In this document: positions 1-11,976 of the stretch, one piece after another
Layout: each line of letters opens with the position of its first letter
Numbering within the stretch: position 1 is the stretch's first letter
Made by a program: the position numbers and the translations under genes
The notes under the pieces: generated by a model
Databases searched by the model: none
Told to the model about the DNA's origin: nothing
Seen by the model: the letters and a program-made list of their open reading frames with translations, nothing else
From: Octopus vulgaris
Taxonomy: Eukaryota
Assembly: GCA_951406725.2 (NCBI GenBank)
Contig: OX597817.1
Coordinates: 40,362,001-40,426,000 of the forward strand
Length of the DNA: 64,000 nucleotides
Direction: 5' to 3'

Positions 1-517
1 GACAGAATTCTCACTGACATGATCAAAATCTCTAGACAAGTTTGCTAGAATCTGTTGTCAGATACGACCAAAGGGTTTAGATGATGTCAAGAGCATCCAA
101 AGAAATACTTTGCAGTGTTTAGTTACCGCCCTTTGTTTTCTGAGTTCGAATCCCGTTTTAATTAGTTTTGTCTTACATTCCTCTTGTGTCGAGTATTAAG
201 ATTGATCTGTGCTGATACTCAGCATTTTCTTTCGTAATGGCTCATATGTATGTTATATAAAGTCCCTATGTACCGGAACCTCCATTTCAATCACTGGCAA
301 TGCATATAAAAGTAAAAATTTAAACAAATCATCACACAAAATATTTAAAATGCGCTGGACTGTTCGTTCAGTGGCCTCACAATTACATTACTTTACATAT
401 CTTTTTTTTTTAACATACGAGTCGCGGCTCACTTGTTAAGTGAATAGAATTATGAGAAGAGCAACGGCTTAACATGTATTTGTGTTCTATTAAACACCAG
501 GCCACTTCCGTGTACGT

Positions 518-549
<32 letters not shown>

Positions 550-2261
550 TGCAGCATGCTTTCAGACTATCTCTCTACCTAACTTTGTTAGTTTTGTCAT
601 TATTTGCCCCAAGTCAACTCTGATTGATTAGAGACTTTTACCATGACCATCCTATCTTCTCTGACTTAATGTATCTAGGATTACATTACTCAATGCGCCC
701 CTAATTATAATTTAAAGACAGTAGGGTGTGATTTGAGAGGGATTTGGCTATTATTTTTAGTAAGTCGCGCGACGACTCTTATCGACCTGCCAGTTCTGTG
801 TTAGTGTCTGAGGACTAAAAGAGAATGATTCAAGGTGGTTAATGGGTTTCCAACGGCCTTGAAATACTGGATGCGAGATTAAACTCACTGTAGTTGTTGG
901 GACCAAAGTGGAGTGTAACGCAGTTGTAGGTTTTTATCCCTCATAATAAAATAAGGAAGAGATGGGTCTCTATCCAGAAACACACCGGACTTCTAAAACA
1001 AGTACGCCAACCAGGCAATGCAGCGTGTTCGCTGTGTTGTATTATGTTTGGGTTACATTGACCTTCCGTATAACAGTCGTCATAACACGCCGCTGTTAGA
1101 CATCACTCTTCGTGTGCTAGAATAAAGTATGTCTAGTACAGTTAATTTGTCGCAAATTAAACCAGTGAAGGATTTGGAGGGCAATTTGTTTGGGTGAAAT
1201 TCTGTTTCAAATTGGGGAGGAAAAAAGTTGTAATCTACCTTGACAGGTCGCCGATTATAACGACGAAGAGATTGAAAAACAAAAATTTGCTACATGAACT
1301 GCACACTGGTCCCTGAAAATGCGTTCTGGGATGTGTTCCAAAACAGGGTGGGTGTGGGGATTGGAAGCGGTCGTGTCAAAACTAGAGGGAACTATTTCGA
1401 AAGAGATCGAATTTTTTTTTCTAAGTCTGGTATTTTTTCCTGGACAGGCGGGCCTTGTATATTCTGTAGGATAGTTTTATTTAATGTCTTGGGTGAAAGG
1501 CTCGCGAAAATAAGGCCGTGGGTTCGATTCCTGGGCCGGGCATCGTGTTGTGTACCAATCTATTCAGCTGACGAGTCCCAGCCAACTGCTCATGTAGCCC
1601 TCCTTTCTTCCGCTGTAGTATAGTTGATGTTCTGTTGGATCAAGTGTGAGAGGGCCGGTAGGGTGTCTGTACTCTGCTCGCGATTACATAGGCTCTTACA
1701 ATAATTAGTGAAAGCCCTGAACAAGCTTTCGTTAATTGTTGTATACACGCCATGCTCGCTTGCGAGTGATTGCTGAGCATGAATTATTATGAGCGTTGAA
1801 TTTTACGAATATATGACCTGAATTAGGAGAAACATTTTAGGTACTTTTTGGTTATCTCACCCCTATTAAAAAATTGTCATTAAAAAATTGGGTCATCTCC
1901 TCACTAAAAATAATTGAGTTTATATGGCTACAAGAGAGATCCTTTTGATTCAATACTTCAACACATTGTTTAACTATTGGCATCCTCAATAGGCATTATG
2001 ATTTGTTATAAAAATATCATCAGATTCAATAAGATGTTCAATTTTTTCAGTTTTCATGTTTATTAATTTTTTAATTTTTTTTTTATTGAGGGTTAAACAA
2101 TTGTTTTTAGTTGAAGGAGATAACCAAAAGTACCGATATTTCTCGTAAAGCGGGTGGAGATAACCCAATTTTTTTAATGGGGATGAGTTAGCCACATTTT
2201 ATACCTGCGGGTCTGTAATATAAGGTTTATATTGATAAAATTTAATAAAAAGCTACTTGTT

Positions 2262-2505
2262 TACATTATTTACATTCGACGGATATTTATCCTCATCTTG
2301 TTTGTTGTTAACACAACGTTTCGGCTGATATACCCTCCAGCCTTCTTCAGGTGTCTTGGGGAAATTTCGAACCTGGGTTCTCATTCCTAAGGTATTTTTC
2401 GATGTTGCTGTTATTATCATTATTATTTTTATTGTTCAGGTCACTGCTTGGAATCGAACTCGGAATCTTGGGGTTAGTAGCCCGCGCTCTTAACCACTAC
2501 GCCAT
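2262..2505 (-). mobile_element. tRNA-headed SINE-like element with a hammerhead-bearing (Penelope-type) 3' tail, copy 1
   Basis: Minus strand reads box A TGGCGTAGTGG, anticodon-like arm GGGCTACTAACCC, box B GAGTTCGATTCC (2439-2505), then an (AAT)n linker, a hammerhead motif (2310-2355) and a tail ending GAATGTAAATAATGTA. A second copy lies at 41363-41702. Confidence 0.75.
2310..2355 (-). ncRNA. Minimal type I hammerhead ribozyme motif
   Basis: Minus strand GACAC-CTGAAGA-A-GGCTG-gagggtatat-CAGCC-GAAAC-GTT-GTGTT. Stem I is GACAC/GTGTT, the CUGANGA and GAAA cores are intact, stem II is 5 bp, stem III is the palindrome ACGT and the NUH site is GUU. Confidence 0.7.
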
Positions 2506-2873
2506 TTGTTATAAAAATATCAGATTCAATAAGATGTTTAATTTTTTTTCAGTTTTGTATGATTTGTTATAAAAATATTATCAGATTCAGTAACATGTTT
2601 CATTATTTCACTTTTGTTTTTTCGTTTTATTGACGGTTAAACATTTCTTAAGATGAGGGAGATAACCAAAAGTACCGATTTTCTCATAAAACATGGAGAT
2701 AACCCAATTTTTTTAATGGGGGTGAGGTGAGATAACCCAAAAGTACCAAAATATTCATAATTTTCAAAATAACGTGTTTTTTATTAATAAATCCTCTTTA
2801 TGCAATTTATTTTTCATTTAAAGTCTTATAAATTAGGGTGGAAGTATTGACTAAAATATAGATATAGGCTTTT

Positions 2874-4090
2874 TGGAGGGGCAAGTCGATGCCTTCGAAT
2901 AGCATCGTGGGATGCTGGACGGAGGGCCCGGTTAAGCTGCTAGGGATCTGGTTTGGTCCAGGTCTCCAGATAGAAAAGAACTGGTCTGAGGTGTCGGGCA
3001 AGGTGGCTCACGCGGTCGGGACTTGGTCCGGACGGTGGCTGTCCTTGAAAGGGAGGGCGGAGGTGCCAATGTGTTTTTAGCATCGGTCATCACCTACCGC
3101 CTGACCGTCGTCCCTTGTCCGGATTCGTGGTTGAGCAAGTTGGAGAGACAGATCTTCCACTTTTTGTGGAAGGGAAGTGCTCCTCTTGTAAGACGTTCTA
3201 TCTGCTGTCAGAAACCGTTAAAGGGTGGCTTGGGGATGCCTTGGCTGATGATGCGCAGAGATGCGCTGAGGTTAAGGCACCTTTGGCTCTACCTGGATGG
3301 TGAACGGGTGTGGTCCCCGCTTGCGAAGCAGATGTTCCCCAGCTTTGTCAGTTTCGGTGGCAGAGAAACCTGGTTTCGTCGCAGACTTAGATCGAGCATG
3401 TGGTATTCGGAGTGCCATAAGGCACTCTGCCACTTCCGCAAGTCGGGCAATGCCGGCGGCTTTGGTACCACCGCAGCTTTTTATAGCAGGTTGGTAGAGG
3501 CCGGAAATGACGATGCCTTAAGAAGGACCTTGGGCCTCGATAGAAATCAGTTGGACAGCCTGTTCCGAAGGACGTTCGGGCCGAAGACATTGGATAACTT
3601 CCAGAAGTCTTTGATCTGGCAATGTTTCAGAGGAGCTTTACCCGTTCGGGATAAACTCACAAGGCATGGTTGGAGTGGACCATCGAACTGCCCAAGATGC
3701 GAGCGGGATCTGGAAACAGTCTCGCACGCTATGGTTCAGTGTCCGAAAGTCTCGGACGTGTGGGTATATGCCGAACACCTGTTGTCGGACGGAAGAAGAG
3801 TACAGCTATCGGCTGAGACAATTATAAAAATTGACTCGCCTAGCTTTTTGACAAGTGAAGGTAAGCATTGCTTTCTCAGTACAGTAGCAGTAGCGAAAGA
3901 GTGTATATGGAAGACCAGAATGAAAGCGGTAACGACAGGCACCGTGATCTCTGGCTCCGCTTTGGTGACCTATTTCAGGTTCCACCTAAAAAGGAAGGTG
4001 GAGTTGGAGAAGAGGTGTCTGTCTGCGTGTGAGTTCGATAAAATATGGAAGCGTGTGGCACGGTTGCTGCGAGTGAGAGGAGCCACGTAA
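2874..4090 (+). pseudogene. Tx1-like ORF2 fragment (end of RT/thumb plus zf-RVT CCHC finger), one frameshift near 3065
   Basis: ORF 2889-3080 (VKLLGIWFG...WSGRWLSLKGRAEV) continues in ORF 3023-4090 (ANVFLASVITYRL...FLWKG...KGGLGMP...CPRC-x6-ETVSH-x4-C). These are typical L1/Tx1 motifs. Confidence 0.85.
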
Positions 4091-4353
4091 ACATGCTGTA
4101 GGTTGGCTGCCGAGTTTCGGTGGGAATAGCAGGGCTCGTGGGGTCGGCAATCCTGGTGTTCCCGCTTCATGTGTTACCTTTATGTTGTGTTGTTGTTGTA
4201 TATCATTCGATTTATCCGATTTTTTGTAATTTAAAAAAAAACAAAAAACAAAAAAAAAACATTTTTTCTGTAAATACCATCTGTGTCTCATGACCCCAAA
4301 TCATGATGTATTGTCCCATTCTTCGTTGGCCCCTTGTGGGTAATAAAGAAATC
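2874..4353 (+). mobile_element. 5'-truncated Tx1/L1-clade non-LTR retrotransposon
   Basis: Contains the ORF2 C-terminal half and a 3' UTR ending GCCCCTTGTGGGTAATAAAGAAAT. A 16-bp TSD ATAGATATAGGCTTTT lies at 2858-2873 and 4354-4369. Confidence 0.9.
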
Positions 4354-4755
4354 ATAGATATAGGCTTTTGGGAAAATGTACAAAGTTCCGCTACAAAATA
4401 ACTCAAGGAACAATCGGCCTAATTGACAACCAGGTAAGATTAACACGATTAATATTCAGTTTGAGCTTTGAGTGGAAGACGTAAGTGACGAATATTTTGG
4501 TATGCAGTTTTGGGTGTTATAATCAACTGGCGAAATAGAAAAATTCTCTACGTAAATGGCGCACTATCCTTTCCCTGGAAATTCCAAAACGAGAACAAAG
4601 AACATTAGAAATGGTGTATCAACACTTGGAATACCTTAACTAAAAAATAAGACACGGGAGTAGTTAGAGGACAGCAAGGCAAGTGAGCATAACCTTAAAA
4701 ATATAAAACATTCAATCAAATTCTTAACAACAGTTTGAATCTTGTTAAATTTCTT

Positions 4756-5419
4756 GGGTCTTTTCGGTTTGAACGGCAGTTTTTAAAAATAATTTCCACG
4801 TAACTAAACACTTTTAAACTTCGTATACTGGTAGAATGTGTTTATAAAACATCTTTTTCTCTTGGCTTTATTGAGAAAATTCTATAGTTTGTAAGATATT
4901 TGTTTTTTTTTTTCTTCAATTTCTGCAATTTCAACCAGTCAATGATGTCTATTGAGGTGAAAACATTCTGTGCCGTATGAATATGTCCCTCGTTTAAGAA
5001 ACGAATTGGGTTTATTTACATTTGTGAAGAAAAAAGATACCATTCCCCCCACCCGTAACCCTAACCAACCCTAAAACAGATTGAAACGCAATAGATCTAT
5101 CTCTCTATCCGCTCAGTCTAAGTCGACTCTCGGTCACTCGTTGGATTAGTATCCTCCAGTCAGTTCTATCCCGGGCCGCTTCAGATTGGCTATGTCAATT
5201 CCGGTGTCAATCCAGCGGGTTCTTGGTCGGCCTCTTCCTCTCTTGCCACTGACCATTCCGAGCATGATGTCCTTCTCCAGGGATTTTCTCCGCATAATAT
5301 GACCGAAATATGCCAACCTATGCTTGGTGATCCTAGCTTCTAGCGACAGGGTCATAATTATGGGTGACAATTTCATATGACACCGCTAGAAAAAACTGCT
5401 GTTCAAACCGAAAAGATCC
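4756..5419. mobile_element. MITE with ~30-bp TIRs and an 8-bp TSD (Merlin/MULE/hAT-type), interrupted by an RTE fragment
   Basis: TIRs GGGTCTTTTCGGTTTGAACGGCAGTTTTT and AAAAACTGCTGTTCAAACCGAAAAGATCC. TSD AATTTCTT at 4748-4755 and 5420-5427. Confidence 0.7.
5097..5347 (-). mobile_element. RTE-clade (BovB-like) LINE 3' fragment
   Basis: ORF 5146-5376(-) reads RLAYFGHIMRRKSLEKDIMLGMVSGKRGRGRPRTRWID, the typical RTE ORF C-terminus, followed by a short simple-repeat tail. Confidence 0.85.
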
Positions 5420-6398
5420 AATTTCTTCCAACAACTTTCAAATGGTTTTACAAACATTATGCAAGTTGTTAGTGCAGCGTTACTGAACTTTGTTTCTCGG
5501 GCCACAAGCATGTTTGTGTGGATCTGAAATCAGCTTTGCAACTACGCGGTATCAACTTCGATTCGATTGCGCAGTACCTTATGGCAGTGCTCCGCTACCT
5601 TTCTTCACTTGCGATACACTTATATTCTTTTCAAAATTCGGCGGCACACTGAAACTAAAAATACAACTAAAATTATAGGGAAAAAATTATATTCATGTTA
5701 CACTGCGGCACACCGGTTGTGTAGCATTGCCTTAGGGAAGTGTTTTCTACTTGAGAGTAAAATTTGACTGGCGCTAACAACGTAAAACAGTTATCATTTT
5801 CTCATAGTTTCCTCTCTTTTCTTATCAATGATTTGTAAAAAAACGTATTTTTATGTGAGTCATTCGTTGAATTGACTTAAGGCAGGTTGCGTGGTTCATA
5901 AATTCGCTTCGGTCTCATGTGGTTTCGTATTTGGTCCTACCATAGCCTCGAATCTACCTAAGCTTTGTGAGTGAAATTGAGTAGACAGAAACCTATTTGT
6001 ACCTGTTCTTTACTGGTAGACTTAATTTACCGCCTTGTTTAACACCATCACTTAGCCATTGGAAGCTTTCGATCCAAGTTGCCAGTCTGAGGATAACACT
6101 CCCACTTTCTTCTCATCACATTCGGCGGGTCTGAAAATGGTTTAAGGTTATTCCTATTCTCCTCTAATTTAAACCATTAATAAAAGAACAATAAAATAAA
6201 ATAAAAAAACGAAACCCATTAAAATTATCTTCTACTCACTGATATTTTGTGGTGGCTAATGAGATAAGATAACATAGCTCGTACCCCCTGTCCCCAATCA
6301 AATGAAACCTGATCAATACATGGAAAGTTTTGGTAATATGACACAACATAGGACTTCTCAATCTGAATTACTAATTTCCTCAATTTTGCATTAAAGAA

Positions 6399-6444
<46 letters not shown>

Positions 6445-7139
6445 ACTCCTTTCCGTTTTACTCTCTCGTCTAATTCCGCCTCTCTCCCACATACTGATAT
6501 AAGATATTTTATAAACATACACAGGAAAAAAAACGATTCTTTGACAGAAATTTCTACAATTTTTTTCTTGCAGTTTTGATTTGTAATTAAACTCTCAGTC
6601 TGATTAAATAATTATACAGTTTTCTTCAGAAAGCCTCTAGAGAAACCGTTGTAGTTGTTTAACGTTGAATTTTGTAAAATAAATTATGAAGTGAAATTAC
6701 TCTAAATTGTATAGCTAAGCATTTTTTAAAGTTGCACATATTAAATCTTTTACGATTAAACTTTACTACCATATATTCTTGATTTTTTAAAATATTCTCT
6801 TTGTGTGGTGTCTACCATTTGGTAAAGTTCAATATAAAAGATCTGTTAGGCATTAGTGTGTCTGGGCGGTGGTGTAGGGTTTGGTTTCTGAGGCCTGCAG
6901 AAAAATTAACACGTGTAATGAAATTTAAATGGCTTTTAAACTGTTTTCCCTTATCTAACATTGTGGATAAGAATGAACTATACGAATGCAGACTGTAGCT
7001 TATCTTTTCATGAATAAAGAGTGGGGTGGTAAAAATAAAAACAAAACAAACTTCTAATATTTTGCCAGTGCGTGGTATTCGTGAGTAGAGAACAGCTGTC
7101 CTAGCCATCAAAGTTGATGTTTTTCAGTGATTATTTGTA

Positions 7140-7495
7140 TTTCTTTTCATGCTGGGACACCGCTATGAAATATTTTGTCGAACAGATGGACTCCCAGTAC
7201 TTTTTAAAAAAATCTGTATTCCATCGGTCTCTTGCCGAACCGCAGTTATAGAGACATTAACAGACCAACACCGGTTTGTCAAGTGGTGGGCTCAGACACA
7301 CACACTAATATATAAATCGCCATGATAGATCACTAGCCACTACACATTCTTTTTCTCTCCTTGTTTCTTTCTGTGGAAGAGCGTAGGCTCGAAACGTTAA
7401 AGACTTTTTCACTTCCCGAGCGTTATACTAATACATCTGTTTGTTGTCTAAACCACCTGTCTTCGTCTTTTTTTTTTTGTTTTTGTGAATTCTCC

Positions 7496-7533
<38 letters not shown>

Positions 7534-7678
7534 GGCCTCCACAAATTGACTCACAAGGCATTATTCGGCCCGGTGATATAGTAGAAGGCACTTGCACAAG
7601 GTGCCGCGCAGTGGGACTGAACCCAAAACCATGTGGCTACAAAGCGAGTTTCTTAACCATATAGCCATGCCTGCACTT
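7140..7678 (-). mobile_element. SINE family A (tRNA-derived, CORE-like) interrupted by a hammerhead-like element
   Basis: Homologous to the copies at 51347-51736 and 53321-53721 (GGCACCTTG..CAAGTG, CAGTCCCACTGCG, ACCAACACCGGTT). An unrelated block at 7312-7498 sits in its central microsatellite. Confidence 0.6.
7366..7403 (+). ncRNA. Hammerhead-like motif (core variant CUGUGGA) in a Penelope-type terminal repeat (7312-7498)
   Basis: TCTTT-CTGTGGA-A-GAGC-gtag-GCTC-GAAAC-GTT-AAAGA. Stem I is TCTTT/AAAGA, stem II is GAGC/GCTC and stem III is ACGT. Core position 6 is U instead of A. Confidence 0.5.
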
Positions 7679-8341
7679 ATGAATTTTTTTTTTTTTGTGA
7701 ATGGGGTCAGCATATTTGTTGCTTGTGATTACTCGCAGTTTGGCCTCGATGTATTTTGACGTATTTTCTGTACAAATTAAACACCCAGAGAACAGTACGA
7801 GAGCACAACAGCCTGATCACCAAGGCTTTTTTTGAAACTCAGACAACGATTGGGAAAGACACTGCGAAATGGGCTGTTTGCTGTCAGTTGCCAATGTTTT
7901 TCTTCGAGAGAACGGGGGTTGGATAAAGTGCTGCTGAGATAGGTTAAGGATAAATCTCCTTTGTTTCGTTCACTATAAATAATCGTTTTAAGAGGTCTTT
8001 CTATTTTGGGTGGATAGTGAGCAATAGTCTATCTTCACTATACTGAGGTAAACCATCTTGTTAGCCCGAAAAAATACATCGGAAGTGGTTTATAGATAAA
8101 ATTCTGTTAAAATTGGAACAACATTCTAGTCAGCTTATTGTAGGTCATAGATTATGGTCATAGGTGTGTGGATTCTTCGATTTAGGGTGATGTATGTCGA
8201 AAAAAAAAAATCTTCACAAGTTTGGATTCATTCTTGATTTTTCATCGGCATATTAATCATATACACCAAAAACAGGGTTTCGATGTTGAATTATTCAACA
8301 TCCCCTCCAAAATTCTTGGAGCTGAAGACCGTAAGCATTGT

Positions 8342-8489
8342 TACTAGTGTAGCTAGAGTGTATGTCACTCGGGGCGGCCCTTCCGTTTGCCGCCCCCGGA
8401 CCACACAAAAAACATATTACCTTTGGCAGACGCAAAAGTACTGCATGGGGCGGACCGCCCCTACGCCCCACTCCCCAGCTATGCTAGTG
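8342..8489. mobile_element. Short GC-rich hAT-like MITE remnant
   Basis: Imperfect TIRs TACTAGTGTAGCT / AGCTATGCTAGTG with subterminal GGGGCGG/CCGCCCC motifs. The TSD is degenerate. Confidence 0.35.
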
Positions 8490-10058
8490 AGCGTTAGCGA
8501 GTACTGAAAGAATCCGTGGCTGCATATCATATTTGACATCAACAAGCTAAAGTAAAAAGACCAAGATGAAAGCAAAGAACCATTTTCCACTGCTTCAATA
8601 TTGATTTTGTGACCAACGAGTAATCGCTAACTTTAGTGGGCACAACCATTATAAAAATGGAAACATTATTGATAAAAATAAAAATCCCCAAAAAACCTTA
8701 GAAATTTCATTGATAACTAAGAAATACCAAGAGGCTTGTTTCAATTTATTATGAGTAGTACCTGTTTTTCAATGCATCTCTGACAACAGGCTGTTGTTTA
8801 GCTCCCAGGCTGTTGTTTAGCTCAGTTCTGATAAATAAATAAATGACAACTATTAAGGGCGTTCCAGCCATTACCATCCTGTCTTTTTCTAGATAGAGGG
8901 TACGTAGAACTACGTTATCCAATATATACCAGCTGTGTATTGAAGTGGGATTTGCCTGTTATTTCTAGCAAGTTGAATGTACACATAACGGTACCCTCGT
9001 TGGCTCGTTTAATAACTTAGTGCCAATTTCTGGTTGATTTCTAATTGCATTCACAGTGATCCTCTAAAAAAAATTATAAACATCAAAACTCCCTTTTCGC
9101 TACATCTTTATTTTGGTCCTCGTTTTTATTTGAAAACAAGTTTTGTTTGCCGAGCTCTAAACGGTAGAACATCCGACTTTTATGAACTTAACCGAGTGAA
9201 GTTAATAAAGTCAACATCTAGTTTTGATTTTGAACTGGGGTTGAGTTTTTAAGTAAGCAAATTTTAGATAAGACCAGATTTAAGAGTAAGACACAGACGG
9301 AGTATCTGGAAGAAAACAAATAGATGAAATAATTGAAAATCAAAGTTTACAGAGATAACATAAACACTACTTAATGCAGATAAACAGAGACCCTTATGTT
9401 ATCTAGATAAAGATAGGGGGGTGGGGGTGAAGAAGAGAACAGCTGTATGGCGGACAAATGATTACAAAAGAAGTAACATTGTCGAAGTTTACCGATGGGA
9501 GAGCAGTGTTTTATTTTTGATTGTTTTTTTAATGGAAGTCTGGAATGTGGATGTTTTTGGTGAGTGCATCGTCTTAGTGGTCTGAGTTCATTCTCCAGAA
9601 TTTTGGCAAAGTTTCATCTTGAGTTCGCTGCTATTCCCAGTCGATTCTGTGCGCTCGCGCGTGTGTGATGTTTATTAGAGTTCTTCAGAGAAAATTGAAC
9701 TTAGTACGTATCTGTAGGGAATTTATGAATTGTGAAATGTGTTTGATAGTACTGAGGATAAGGTTGTGTGTTAGATATTTATTTTCCATGTACGGTAATC
9801 TGCGTTGTACAAACTGATACAGCAGAATATTTCCGAGGAGTATGCACATCCTCCTTCGAAGGTGTTGAGGTTGCTTAAAGGTTGGGGTCTGATGGCAACA
9901 GTTGTAGCATGCTGCCATCTGAATAAGACGACATGCGATCAGAGGGTACGACGATCAGGTTATAATTGTCGATATTAGAGAGGGAAAAATATTGAGAAAC
10001 ACATCACAAGTTATCAGAACACTTTCTACACGAGTCGGGTTGAGGAAGTTGGCAGTCT

Positions 10059-10345
10059 TATGTTTAATAATATCGGAAAATAGAACATTTTTAGAGAACA
10101 TATAACGGTTCAAATAATTGTAATGGTAGACGATAATTAATTGTTAGTTAAATATATGATAATAACGGACAGTTTAAAAAGATTAATAGTAATGCATGTG
10201 ATGAGGGGCGCATGCAGCCATTCATAACCCCATTATTGTATAATCATCTCATCATATTCGTTCTATGTATTGTCCCCTCTGTGGTGTCCTGTCTGTCCTA
10301 GTTTGTCCCCCTCTATGTTTGGGCCCTTGTGGCCAATGAAGAAAC
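10059..10345 (+). mobile_element. Tx1-type LINE 3' UTR-only insertion
   Basis: Ends TTGTCCCC...GGGCCCTTGTGGCCAATGAAGAAAC, the same tail as 4330-4353. A perfect 16-bp TSD AGGAAGTTGGCAGTCT lies at 10043-10058 and 10346-10361. Confidence 0.7.
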
Positions 10346-11930
10346 AGGAAGTTGGCAGTCTGGTTTTTAGGGTTAGGTGAAGTACCATTGACTGAAAGTT
10401 TTCGTGACTCACATGGCCAAAAGCAAAGAGAACTAATTTACTTTGTAACAAAGTCTTCCGAAGTATTCGTATGTGATTCTGCAGAGAAGGTCACTGAATT
10501 ACTTAGCTCTTTGTAGAACTATATTTTTAATCTCTGGAAAGGTGCAAAGATTTAAGGTAAAGTAGTAATAAAAAAAGTGTTTTATGAAGCTTTCTATTAA
10601 TGTACATATGTTGATGCAGAGAATTTCTTGATCGATAGTTTGGAACAATCAAAGAGGTTTCCTGTTGTTTGATTGTATGACTTGTTTCTATTTCCGAGTG
10701 GAAATAAAGTTTAAAAATTTTGTGATGATGGAGATGGTGGCTGCAGCTTGAGACCACTGAGAGTGAAGCTGGAACGTAGCTTGTTTTCGGTTAAGTGGTT
10801 GTATGCATCCATTTGGTGTGGATAAAGAGATTCTAAGTGAGTGCGTGTGTGTGTCCGAGCGCGTACTGTCGAAACAAGGAGTGCATGTGTGACTGACTTT
10901 ATGCTAGTGTACTGCTTAGAGAATCGTCTGGTTTTGGGAATGGCATTGTAAAATTTACCAAAGAGTAGAGAAAGTATTGGCTGTGGATGGTGTTGGGTGG
11001 TAAGGACTGATTGAGCTGTATAAATTCTTGTCTCCGAGGGACGTTGAAGGTGCGGGGGTGGGGGGGTGTTTGTCAGTGCTTATTTCAGCTTTCTCAGCAT
11101 TCAGCAGTTGAGAAACAGCTTCGGCTATGAAACATTAGCCTTTTGTTGATCGTGTCCACTAAATGGTTTCATAGATGCACCATCTTCACCTCAAGCAAGT
11201 TTGCACATGTTTGCAACTATACATGGAGTTCACTTCATCCCTCATCTTCGTGTATCAACAATACGTTAATCTCCCATTATTTCATATTCTTGTTAACCTC
11301 CACTCATCTCATCCACCCTTTCATTTTCTTGACGACACTGTGCTATCGGGCATGACAGGACCACATACATACACACATACACAGGTAACAGTCTCGAAGA
11401 AATGTAGACAAAACGAATAAATAAATAAATAAATAAAAGATTCAAGTAAGCAGGCAAAAGCACAATCAAACAACTCTTTGTCAATATGTACATATACATA
11501 CACACAAGAAAACCGTACATTCATATCTAAGCATACATATGTAAGCATGCACACACGCACAATACACAGCCACGAGCACAGATACACGAAGCTTTATAAG
11601 CGGGACACACTCTGAAGTAGAAAAACGCATACATACAAGCAAGCATAAGGGACACACACACACAAAAGCAGGCATATAAACAAATAACCAGACACATACT
11701 TACACACACGGAAACAGATGGACACGCGCGCGCGCAACGTATTTCACTCAAACACCATCACATACTCACACATCTTCACGTGTTCTCACTCACACGCAAT
11801 TCCTTATTCTCACCCGTGCATACTTCTACAGAAGTATATTTCTATGATAATTACAGTATTTCCCCCCCTTCCTCTCAGTCTGGTGTTTCTTCTCCCGACA
11901 CAATTTAATTATGAAAACTCTGACTGTCTG

Positions 11931-11976
<46 letters not shown>

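Larger units (their letters stand above)
1840..2747. mobile_element. Non-autonomous TIR DNA element (Merlin-like MITE) with internal tandem duplications, host of a nested SINE
   Basis: Left TIR GGTACTTTTTGGTTATCTCACCCC at 1840 matches the reverse complement of GGTGAGATAACCCAAAAGTACC ending at 2747. The GGTAC start fits the Merlin GGNRM terminus. Internal repeats GATTTGTTATAAAAATAT..CAGATTCA occur at ~2000, ~2505 and ~2561. The TSD is not clean. Confidence 0.55.

Noticed and set aside
889-1140. Possible solo LTR (TGTA...AATAAA...TACA)
   Set aside because: No TSD and an ambiguous 5' boundary.
1565-1600. CTGACGAGTCCC resembling a hammerhead start
   Set aside because: No closing stem II or GAAA follows.
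2439-2505. tRNA gene (apparent anticodon ACT)
   Set aside because: There is no paired acceptor stem or T-run terminator, and it is embedded in a repeated element, so it is a SINE head.
5050-5075. Telomere-like TAACCC repeats (also AAAACCCTT at ~26475)
   Set aside because: Only 2-3 degenerate units, internal to a MITE or repeat.
10200-10361. Promoter-like NRF1 (GCGCATGC) and ETS (CAGGAAGT) motifs
   Set aside because: They lie within a LINE 3' UTR insertion and its 16-bp TSD.
9280-10900. Degenerate ORF-like minus-strand sequence (similar texture at 1150-1700, 7790-8300, 43200-43920, 45300-45720, 50990-51290)
   Set aside because: Probably old LINE remnants, but many stops and no motif I can identify with confidence.
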